From assembly GCA_934101445.1 (NCBI GenBank), contig CAKORQ010000002.1:1-37541 (forward strand): a DNA stretch of 37,541 nt. The letters run 5' to 3'. Below are positions 9,826 to 17,619 of this stretch, piece after piece (within the stretch, counting starts at the first letter, position 1; every line of letters starts with the position of its first letter). The position numbers were made by a program, and so were the translations under genes. The notes beneath the pieces are model-generated. The model had not been told where the DNA came from, did not search any database, and saw only the letters and a list, made by a program, of their open reading frames with translations. Source of the stretch: an uncultured Bacilli bacterium (GTDB lineage Bacteria > Bacillota_I > Bacilli_A > RF39 > UBA660).

Positions 9826-11352
9826 TTAATTCTCCTTAGCCTCATTATCACTAACAAATAAAATATCTGTATTTTTCATTTCCGGAGGACAAGCAATATC
9901 CATATATTTAAGAATAGTTGGAGCCACCATTGTTAAATCTCCATTCTTTAACTTAACTGAGGCATCTGTAACAATAAAAGGAACAGGATACAAGGAATGT
10001 GTAGTTATAACATTGTCATTATCATCTAACATATAATCACAATTTCCATGGTCAGCCATTATAAATAAAGTATAATCATTTTCCTTAGCCTTTAAAACAA
10101 TATTGCCTAAACAATCATCAATGGCCTCCAATGCCTCAATTGTAGCCTCCAAATTACCAGTATGTCCCACCATATCCGGATTAGCAAAATTAACTAAGAT
10201 AAAATCATAGTCCTTATCTAAACATTCTAAACATTTATTGGTTACTTCCTTACAACTCATTTCCGGTTTTAAATCATACGTAGCAACTTTGGGACTAGGA
10301 ACTAAATAACGATCACATTTATCTAATTTATATTCCTTACCACCGTCAAAGAAATAAGTAACATGAGCATACTTTTCCGTCTCAGCAATACGCGCTTGTG
10401 ATAAACCCAGTTGAGCAAGATATACCCCTAGGCTATTTTCAATATCCGGAGTATCTAAGAAATGATATGATTTTTTAGCCTCTTCGATTGGATAAATTGT
10501 AAATACCTGCAAATTTTTATATTTAATTGTTTCATATTCATTAAAATTATTGTCCGTTAGTACCTGTAATATCTGCTTTGCACGGTCCGGACGATAATTC
10601 ATCCACAATACCACATCGCCATCATTTATCTTAGGAGTATCTTCCATAATAATTGGTGGCAAAAACTCATCAGTAACATTTTTTTGATAACAGAAATTAA
10701 TTGATTCTTTTAAATTTTTAACCCTTGCTCCTACCCCCATAGTAAGCATATCACTATATAATTTCGTCCTATCCCATTTCTTATCTCTATCCATAGCATA
10801 ATAGCGCCCGCAAACAGAAGAAACCTCATTGTAGCCATATTCTTTTAACTTGGCATTGATTTCATCAATATAAGTACTACTAGTCATTGTTCCCGTATCA
10901 CGACCATCGGTTATAGCATGAACATAAACTTTTTTAATACCCATTTGCTGTAAATAATCAAGCATCCACATATTGAACTTAATGTGTGAATGAATTCCCC
11001 CATCCGATAACAAGCCTAACATGTGAATAGGTTTATCATTTTCTTTAGCATATTCCACCATCTTTAAAAAATTTTCATTTTTTAAGATTTCTTTCTTACT
11101 AAACCAATCTGATATCTCCATAAAGTTTTGCTTAATTAAACGGCCTGCTCCAATGGTAGTATGTCCGACCTCACTATTACCCATTTGCCCTTTTTCTAAA
11201 CCAACAGCCCTTTCACTAGCCAATAATTGACTATGTGGATATTCATTCCATAGCCTTTTAAAATTGGGCATCTTTGCTAGTTTAACTGCATTGCCATGAA
11301 CGGCATTACGAAGTCCAAATCCATCTAAAATTATTGTTAATACTTTTTTCAT
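9826..11352 (-). CDS. gpmI: 2,3-bisphosphoglycerate-independent phosphoglycerate mutase
   Basis: It starts MKKVLTIILDGFGLR, followed by GNSEVGHTTIGAGR, and ends with an ADHGN motif. I moved the start from the ORF-track GTG (11361) to the ATG at 11352..11350, which has the SD GGAGTG 6 nt upstream. Confidence 0.93.
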   Translation of the reverse strand: MKKVLTIILDGFGLRNAVHGNAVKLAKMPNFKRLWNEYPHSQLLASERAVGLEKGQMGNSEVGHTTIGAGRLIKQNFMEISDWFSKKEILKNENFLKMVEYAKENDKPIHMLGLLSDGGIHSHIKFNMWMLDYLQQMGIKKVYVHAITDGRDTGTMTSSTYIDEINAKLKEYGYNEVSSVCGRYYAMDRDKKWDRTKLYSDMLTMGVGARVKNLKESINFCYQKNVTDEFLPPIIMEDTPKINDGDVVLWMNYRPDRAKQILQVLTDNNFNEYETIKYKNLQVFTIYPIEEAKKSYHFLDTPDIENSLGVYLAQLGLSQARIAETEKYAHVTYFFDGGKEYKLDKCDRYLVPSPKVATYDLKPEMSCKEVTNKCLECLDKDYDFILVNFANPDMVGHTGNLEATIEALEAIDDCLGNIVLKAKENDYTLFIMADHGNCDYMLDDNDNVITTHSLYPVPFIVTDASVKLKNGDLTMVAPTILKYMDIACPPEMKNTDILFVSDNEAKEN

Positions 11353-11555
11353 TAAAATCACTCCAAATAAATATTGATACTAAAACTTAAGTTTTATTCA
11401 TTTTGCACCAATTTCTTTTCTTATATTAGCAATCAAATATTATCACAAACAGCCACCTATTTTCAAGATTTATTAGTATTTTTCTCTTCTTTTATAAATT
11501 TAATATTTCTTCCCACAACCACCAGTTTTAAAAAGTATCTTCATAATTTTTTTAA

Positions 11556-11597
11556 TAAAAAAACTATCACCATAGTTATTATCTAAAGTGATAGTTG
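11556..11597 (-). terminator. Rho-independent terminator after the spo0A-like gene
   Basis: On the minus strand: AACTATCAC, a 17-nt loop, GTGATAGTT (a perfect 9-bp stem), then TTTTTATT. Confidence 0.6.
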
Positions 11598-11604
11598 ATA
11601 ATTA

Positions 11605-12375
11605 TTAAATATTATCATTACTTTTAGCATCAATACTTAATTTATCAGCAATAGTTGCTAAAAATTCTGAATTAGTAGGTTTAGCCCGATCAAAGTCTAC
11701 AGAGTGTCCAAATATTTCTTCCATCAAATCATAATCACCCCTAGTCCAACTAACTTCAATAGCATGTCTAATTGCTCTTTCTACCCGGGAAGGCGTTGTA
11801 TTATACTTATCAGCAATAAAAGGATATACTTCTTTGGTAATACCCCCTAAAACACTAGGATTATTATACATAAGTTGAATGGAATCTCTTATGTATTGAT
11901 ATCCTTTAATATGGCTAGGCATACCTAGTTCATGTAAAAGTCTAGAAATTTCTTTTGTCATTTCTTGCACTGGTCTTTTATTTTCTACTTCTTCTTTCTT
12001 TTTTAAGGCTCCAATATCCATAATTCTATCTTCTAATAATCCCAAATCCATGCCCTTATACAAAACAAATAAAATCTTGTATTCTCCTAGTAACTTCAAT
12101 AAATCTAAATTAGTATTATATGTATAAAGAATTACTTTTTTATTAATATTTTCTTTCTTTAAATACTTTAAAATGCCAACTCCGTCTAATGAAGGCAATA
12201 CTAAAGATAAAACGATACAATCTATATCATCTTGATATTTATTTATCATCTCTAAGCCCTCTAACCCATCACTGCATTTATATTTTATATTAACTTGCGT
12301 ACTACTTTTAGAATTTAAAAATTCAGAAAAATCCTTAATACTAGATACTTCATCTATCATAAGTATATTTATCAT
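11605..12375 (-). CDS. spo0A: Spo0A-family response regulator with an atypical receiver (Ser at the phospho-acceptor position)
   Basis: The C-terminal half carries the Spo0A effector signature (PSHIKGYQYIRDSI, NTTPSRVERAIRHAIEVSWTRGD, RAKPTNSEFLATIADKL). The N-terminal half is CheY-like, but it reads CIVLSLVLPSLDG where B. subtilis Spo0A has VLVLDIIMPHLDG. The SD GGGAG lies 7 nt before the ATG. Confidence 0.85.
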   Translation of the reverse strand: MINILMIDEVSSIKDFSEFLNSKSSTQVNIKYKCSDGLEGLEMINKYQDDIDCIVLSLVLPSLDGVGILKYLKKENINKKVILYTYNTNLDLLKLLGEYKILFVLYKGMDLGLLEDRIMDIGALKKKEEVENKRPVQEMTKEISRLLHELGMPSHIKGYQYIRDSIQLMYNNPSVLGGITKEVYPFIADKYNTTPSRVERAIRHAIEVSWTRGDYDLMEEIFGHSVDFDRAKPTNSEFLATIADKLSIDAKSNDNI

Positions 12376-12454
12376 ATTTTCTCCCTTTTCGTACTACTTA
12401 ATTCCATTATAAATATAATTCTTCCAAAACGCTACCCTATATTTTGACAACATT

Positions 12455-12461
12455 TGTCGAA
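12455..12461 (+). promoter_or_regulatory. Perfect 0A-box heptamer (TGTCGAA) in the spo0A-like upstream region
   Basis: The exact consensus TGTCGAA lies 80 nt upstream of the spo0A-like start. It is part of the imperfect palindrome TTGACAA-cat-TTGTCGAA (12444..12461). Confidence 0.4.
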
Positions 12462-12493
12462 CATAATCGTATTTTTTATCTCACCCAAAAAAT

Positions 12494-13693
12494 TTATAAT
12501 ACTTCTTCTTTATCACTTATTGCCGCAATGGCTGGTAGTGTCTCGTTAATAATATATTCCAAAGTAGCCCCGCCACCAGTTGAAATATACGTAAATTTAT
12601 CCATCATGTTAAACTTACGAATAGCCCCAATGCAATCACCACCACCAGCAATTGTCTTAGCCATACTAGATGTAACAATATTTAACAATTCTAAAGTTCC
12701 ATTACTAAACTTAGCATCTTCATAAATACCAGCAGTGCCATTCATAAATATTGTTTTGGATTCATCAATGATTTTCTTATAAACATTTAAAGTCTTAGGA
12801 CCAATATCCCCAACTATTTCATCACTACTAACTTTATTAATATCCTTAGAAGCCACATAATTATCATCATACTTTTTGCCAACAATAGCATCAAATGGTA
12901 AAACAATTTTTTTATTATATTCTTTTAATATCTCTTTTACTTTTATTAAAGTTTCAGCATCATCACTAGCAAGGGATTTTCCAACATTAAGTCCCAAAGA
13001 CTTCAAACAACTATTAGCAAGGCCCCCAGTAAGCAACATATGATTACATTTAGGTAGCAATTTTTCAATAAGCGGTAATTTATCTGTAATTTTAGCCCCT
13101 CCCATGATAATAGTAAAAGGAGAAACCGGATTCAAAACATATTTATTAAGCATTTCCATTTCTTTTTGAACACAAAAACCTAAACAACTAGGAATAAACT
13201 TAGCAATCCCACTAGTTGAGGCATGCATACGATGACTACTAGCAAAAGCATCTAAAACAAATACATCGCCCAAAGAAGCAAAATAAGCCGCAAGTTGGGG
13301 ATCATTATTACTTTCAAACCCATTAGGAACATCTTCAAACCTAGTATTTTCTACCAATAATATTTCTTTAGGCTGCAACTCCGTTGCTTTTATTTCTAAA
13401 AGACTACTTCTAGTTTCAGGTGAAAAAATAACATTGCTACTTACCAGTTCATTTAAACGCTCGGCCACTATTTTTAGGCTATACTTCTTTTTATCTTCTT
13501 CCGTTTTAACTTTGCCAAAATGGGACAATAAAATGATTTTGCAATTTTTATCAATTAAATAATTAATTGTTTCTAAAGAGGCTTTTATCTTTGTATCATC
13601 TAAAATGCGGCCTTCTTTAACCGGAACATTAAAATCACAACGAACAATTACCCTTTTATTTAAAACATTAGTATCTTGTAACAAGCACTTCAT
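12494..13693 (-). CDS. pgk: Phosphoglycerate kinase
   Basis: It contains KRVIVRCDFNVPVKEGRILDDTKIKASL, ILLSHFGK and, near the C-terminus, STGGGATLEYI. I trimmed the ORF-track GTG start (13702) to the ATG at 13693..13691, which is preceded by the SD AAGGAGTG. Confidence 0.94.
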   Translation of the reverse strand: MKCLLQDTNVLNKRVIVRCDFNVPVKEGRILDDTKIKASLETINYLIDKNCKIILLSHFGKVKTEEDKKKYSLKIVAERLNELVSSNVIFSPETRSSLLEIKATELQPKEILLVENTRFEDVPNGFESNNDPQLAAYFASLGDVFVLDAFASSHRMHASTSGIAKFIPSCLGFCVQKEMEMLNKYVLNPVSPFTIIMGGAKITDKLPLIEKLLPKCNHMLLTGGLANSCLKSLGLNVGKSLASDDAETLIKVKEILKEYNKKIVLPFDAIVGKKYDDNYVASKDINKVSSDEIVGDIGPKTLNVYKKIIDESKTIFMNGTAGIYEDAKFSNGTLELLNIVTSSMAKTIAGGGDCIGAIRKFNMMDKFTYISTGGGATLEYIINETLPAIAAISDKEEVL

Positions 13694-13694
13694 T

Positions 13695-14231
13695 TTAAGC
13701 ACTCCTTTCTTTTTTTACTTCAACTGGCAAAATAGAAATTATATCATCAATTGTTATACTATCACCACTATCTTCTCTACTTAAAGTATTACTATCACTA
13801 AAATCAGGTTCGGATAAAGTTAAAGCCCCTTGTACTATCAATGGAATATATTTTTCTTTAATCACAGTATTTTCTCTGCCTGTAACCAGATTAGAATAAA
13901 CTTCTTTAAAATTATTTATAACCTCATTACTTAAAGGATTATTATCATAATATACCATCATCATAATATCTTCCTCACGACTACTACCACTTGGAAATAC
14001 TTGAACAACTATCCCCTGAAGTGCTCTGGCTAAATTAATTGAGGTACTCATAACATCATTTGTTAAAACATTTTCCATTTTCCCATAATTAGATTGTAAT
14101 TTTTCAATAATCTTTTTTAACATTTCTAAATGAGGCGAAGAGGCCTTATCTATCTGACTATTCCATTCTTCATTAAGAACAAAATTGTTTGCAATTACTA
14201 TCATTCGTGTATTACTTCTATTACTATTCAT
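13695..14231 (-). CDS. Hypothetical protein (178 aa) with no recognisable family, inserted between gapA and pgk
   Basis: It is a long ORF in the same orientation as its neighbours. Its TAA stop (13697..13695) is 1 nt from the pgk ATG. I recognise no motif in it, and the SD before its ATG is poor. Confidence 0.5.
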   Translation of the reverse strand: MNSNRSNTRMIVIANNFVLNEEWNSQIDKASSPHLEMLKKIIEKLQSNYGKMENVLTNDVMSTSINLARALQGIVVQVFPSGSSREEDIMMMVYYDNNPLSNEVINNFKEVYSNLVTGRENTVIKEKYIPLIVQGALTLSEPDFSDSNTLSREDSGDSITIDDIISILPVEVKKERSA

Positions 14232-14285
14232 AAATTTTATTCAGTTAAACCTTTCTAACCGTTAATTATTATTAATTACTTTTTT

Positions 14286-14330
14286 ATTATATCAAATTTC
14301 TTTTAAAAAAACTGTAAAATTACTGTAATT
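14286..14330 (-). promoter_or_regulatory. Candidate extended -10 promoter (TGATATAAT) with an upstream TACAGT-N5-TACAGT direct repeat
   Basis: On the minus strand, TGATATAAT is at 14294..14286, about 55 nt upstream of the orf178 ATG. The direct repeat TACAGTaatttTACAGT (plus-strand ACTGTA at 14311..14316 and 14322..14327, 11-bp period) sits over and upstream of the -35 region. Confidence 0.35.
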
Positions 14331-14522
14331 TTTAAATGAAAAAAAAGCATAACTATAATTAACCCCCAATAATTAATTATTACACTTTTTTATTCTTAAA
14401 CTATTTATACTTTAGTTATCGCCATATCTTAAATTCAACTATTAAACTTTAATATAATTATAATTCATAAAATATTACCATTATTAATTATATTATTTAA
14501 AATATATTATAACCTTCAAAAA

Positions 14523-15536
14523 TTATTTTTCTAACGATAAGAAATATCTTAAAGTAGAAATCATTTGGTGCGTATAACCAGCCTCATTATCATACCACGC
14601 TACTACTTTAGCAAGACAAGTATTGCCAAAATTTATAACATCGGTAGAAAGTAAATCTACGATAGCTCCACATTTCTTACCAATACAATCACTAGAAACT
14701 ATTGGATCATTTGTTACTTTTAATGTTTCATTTTGATTTTCAATAAACAAATTATTTAGTTCTTCCTTTGTTAAACTCTTCTTTAATTCTAAAGTTAAGT
14801 CTATCATAGAACCATCCGATACCGGAACTCTAAAGGCCTTACCAACTATTTTTCCATCCAAAGCAGGAATAACTTTTCCAATAGCACTAGCAGCACCAGT
14901 TGAGGCTGGTACAATATTAGCCGCACACGCTCTTCCCCGACGCGCATAAATTCCCTTATTATGTGTAATATCTAAAGTGGCCTGGTCATTAGTATAAGCA
15001 TGAATGGTACTCATAGCCCCACCTACAATACCGATATTTTTTTCAATTACGGAAACAACTGGCGCCATACAGTTAGTTGTACAAGAAGCAGCGGAAATTA
15101 TTTGTTCAGAACCATCTAATATATCATGGTTAACATTAAAGACAATTGTTTTCATATTCCCTTTACCTGGAGCCGAAATAACCACTTTTTTAGCGCCCGC
15201 CGTAATATGTTTGTAAGCATCTTCATACTTGGTAAAATGCCCACTGCATTCTAAGACTGCATCTATTCCTAATTCGTTCCAAGGTAAATTTAGTGGATCT
15301 TTCTCGCTATATACTCTAATTTTTTTAACGCCACCAACAACTATAAAATCCCCCTCAAAACCAATTTCATTTTCATGAAAACTACGATGATTAGTATCGT
15401 ACTTCAAAAGATATGCTAATTCTTCCGCCGTTGCTAAATCATTTATCGCTACAACATTTAAATCCTTACTTGTAATCATCTCTCTAAACGCTAAGCGTCC
15501 AATTCTTCCAAATCCATTAATTGCTATTTTTTTCAT
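14523..15536 (-). CDS. gapA: Glyceraldehyde-3-phosphate dehydrogenase
   Basis: 337 aa starting MKKIAINGFGRIGRL, with the active site SCTTNC and WYDNEAGY. Confidence 0.96.
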   Translation of the reverse strand: MKKIAINGFGRIGRLAFREMITSKDLNVVAINDLATAEELAYLLKYDTNHRSFHENEIGFEGDFIVVGGVKKIRVYSEKDPLNLPWNELGIDAVLECSGHFTKYEDAYKHITAGAKKVVISAPGKGNMKTIVFNVNHDILDGSEQIISAASCTTNCMAPVVSVIEKNIGIVGGAMSTIHAYTNDQATLDITHNKGIYARRGRACAANIVPASTGAASAIGKVIPALDGKIVGKAFRVPVSDGSMIDLTLELKKSLTKEELNNLFIENQNETLKVTNDPIVSSDCIGKKCGAIVDLLSTDVINFGNTCLAKVVAWYDNEAGYTHQMISTLRYFLSLEK

Positions 15537-15694
15537 TTTTCTACCCTTTTCTATTATTTTTTGCTAAAACGTCTTGCCAAAAACCAATATTTTCCATATT
15601 ATACTATATACATAAAACATAATAAGTCTTAATAGTTATTTTCATTATTATATATACCCCTATTTTTATTATCTAAACCCCAAAATTTCTATAA

Positions 15695-17362
15695 TTACCC
15701 TTCAAAACAAGAGCCCCCAATAAATTCTCTTAAAACACAATCATCAGCTATATATTCACTCGATATCGGATAATAATTTTTTAAAAAATTAATAAGACGA
15801 CGAGCCTCTTCGTAATACACAGAATCCGTTCCTACGGAATAAAGAAGTGGTTCCGCAAAGACTTTTAAAACTCCTAGTTCATAAACTAACGAAGTATTAA
15901 TAATAACATCACTAGTATTAATATAAGGGAAAATATATTTTTCTTCCCCACTACGCACATCTTGCCATGAACAAATAGTTTTGCTAACATCATTACCCCT
16001 GGTACGATTATCACGTATCATTCTTCTTATCAATCTTAAATCAGTAGTACTTATATAATTATTGCTATCTAAATTAAGAGGCATAAAAGGACTTAAATAA
16101 ATTTTAAATTTAATATCATTATTAATATAAGGAGTTAAATCATCATTTAAACAATGTAATCCTTCCATTAACACGATATAATTACTATCTATCCTAGTTT
16201 TGCCATTAACATATTCCCGTATTCCCGAGACAAAATTATAAGTTGGAAGTTCCACTTCTTCCCCTCTTAATAAAGCATTGATATCATTATTTAAAGATTC
16301 AACATCAATTGAGGCTACACTTTCAAAATCATATTTACCATCTAAGGTTTTTGGCGTATCAACTCGATTTTTAAAATAGTCATCAACACTTATAGTTAAA
16401 GTTTTAATACCTCTTGCTTGTAAATCTAGCGATAACTTCTTACAAGTCGTTGTTTTCCCACTACTAGAAGGACCCGCAATCATTACAAACTTACTTTTCC
16501 TGTTTAATATCTTATTAGCAACCTCATGTATTTTATTATCGTAATTAATTTCACTAAGTCTAATTAAGTCTTTAATTTTACCATTAGCCACTATTTTATT
16601 TACTTGATAAACATAAGGTATATCGCACTTATCTAACCATTCTTTTTCATTTTTAAAACATTCAATTACTTTTTCATAGTGAACATAAGACGGTACCTCA
16701 TTTTGACTTCTTGGGGTCGGAAATAACAAAACAACTTCTTCTTCATTTAAAGCCACCAAATCAAAACGATTTAAACAGCCGGTACTATAAGGCATTTCGA
16801 CATAAAAATAATCATAATAATTTTCTAATTTGTAAATAGTTACCAATTCATCATCTATATTTAAAACATTGTAACAATTTGGAACCTTTTGTTCTTTTTT
16901 ATAAAATTCTACCATTTCCTTGCTAAGAACATTCATCTTTAAAATTGGCAAATTTTCACTGATTATTTTTCCCATTCTTTCTTTTATTTTAATAATTTCT
17001 TTATTAGTAATCCTTAAATTACCAATAGTAATGTGCATACCTCGCATAATAGAATGGTCAAAGTTAATTTCAATATTTTTTCCATATACATCATAAATAG
17101 CCGCTAGAAAAACAAACTTTAAACCGGCTTGATACATTTTATAGCCCGCTAAATCATTACTGTCAATAAAATTAATATCACAATCTCTTTTTAATTTCGT
17201 ATCTAAACTAACTACCGAGTTATCTATTTTAGCGCCCACTACTTTTTTTTGGCTATCAAAAGACCACATCTTGACAATATCAATTATTTTTGTATTCTTA
17301 TCTACAATAACTTTTTCTGTATTATTGTCTATATTATTGTAGGTAACTTCTATTCTATTCAT
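15695..17362 (-). CDS. Uridine/nucleoside kinase family protein with a long N-terminal extension (TGS/ThrRS-like region)
   Basis: It has a Walker A motif MIAGPSSSGKTTT followed by SVDDYF, which resembles uridine kinase / phosphoribulokinase. About 290 extra N-terminal residues precede this region. I moved the start from the TTG (17368) to the ATG at 17362..17360, which has the SD GAAGGA. Confidence 0.6.
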   Translation of the reverse strand: MNRIEVTYNNIDNNTEKVIVDKNTKIIDIVKMWSFDSQKKVVGAKIDNSVVSLDTKLKRDCDINFIDSNDLAGYKMYQAGLKFVFLAAIYDVYGKNIEINFDHSIMRGMHITIGNLRITNKEIIKIKERMGKIISENLPILKMNVLSKEMVEFYKKEQKVPNCYNVLNIDDELVTIYKLENYYDYFYVEMPYSTGCLNRFDLVALNEEEVVLLFPTPRSQNEVPSYVHYEKVIECFKNEKEWLDKCDIPYVYQVNKIVANGKIKDLIRLSEINYDNKIHEVANKILNRKSKFVMIAGPSSSGKTTTCKKLSLDLQARGIKTLTISVDDYFKNRVDTPKTLDGKYDFESVASIDVESLNNDINALLRGEEVELPTYNFVSGIREYVNGKTRIDSNYIVLMEGLHCLNDDLTPYINNDIKFKIYLSPFMPLNLDSNNYISTTDLRLIRRMIRDNRTRGNDVSKTICSWQDVRSGEEKYIFPYINTSDVIINTSLVYELGVLKVFAEPLLYSVGTDSVYYEEARRLINFLKNYYPISSEYIADDCVLREFIGGSCFEG

Positions 17363-17387
17363 ATTCAATCCTTCTATTCTCTCTTCG

Positions 17388-17396
17388 ATTATATCA
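17388..17396 (-). promoter_or_regulatory. Candidate extended -10 element (TGATATAAT) for the kinase-family gene
   Basis: On the minus strand TGATATAAT lies about 25 nt upstream of the ATG at 17362. There is no convincing -35. Confidence 0.35.
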
Positions 17397-17511
17397 AAAA
17401 ATTTTTTAAAAGTCTTTTAAATTCTATTATTTTTCATTTAACTTTAGAACTAAAAACCATTTTAAAAGGTAAAATCCTAATTTTTTAATTACGCAAAAAT
17501 TTTTTCTTAAT

Positions 17512-17552
17512 AAAAAAACTTTTACGCCAGAAATAATTCTGTATAAAAGTTT
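17512..17552 (-). terminator. Rho-independent terminator after the 469-aa membrane protein gene
   Basis: On the minus strand: AAACTTTTA-ta-CAGAA-ttat-TTCTG-gcg-TAAAAGTTT, followed by TTTTTATT. Confidence 0.65.
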
Positions 17553-17619
17553 CTTATCACCAAAATAACATTATTCTTGATATATAAATTATTAACATAA
17601 TCATTACACTAATACTTAT

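Noticed and set aside
11374-11586. 70-aa plus-strand ORF in the gpmI/spo0A spacer
   Set aside because: It runs through the gpmI promoter region and the spo0A terminator. It is F/I/L/T-rich as expected from AT-rich non-coding DNA and has no SD.
12444-12725. 93-aa plus-strand ORF
   Set aside because: It is antisense to the 3' end of pgk and begins in the spacer that contains the 0A box. It is a shadow ORF.
15004-15216. 70-aa plus-strand ORF
   Set aside because: It is antisense to gapA.
15560-15579. TTGGCAA-N6-TTAGCAA direct repeat in the gapA 5' UTR (minus strand)
   Set aside because: It consists of short half-sites with a 13-bp period, occurs only once, and bears no resemblance to the CggR operator. 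It is too weak to call.
17249-17488. 79-aa plus-strand ORF
   Set aside because: It is antisense to the 5' end and promoter region of the kinase-family gene, and its composition is AT-rich spacer-like.
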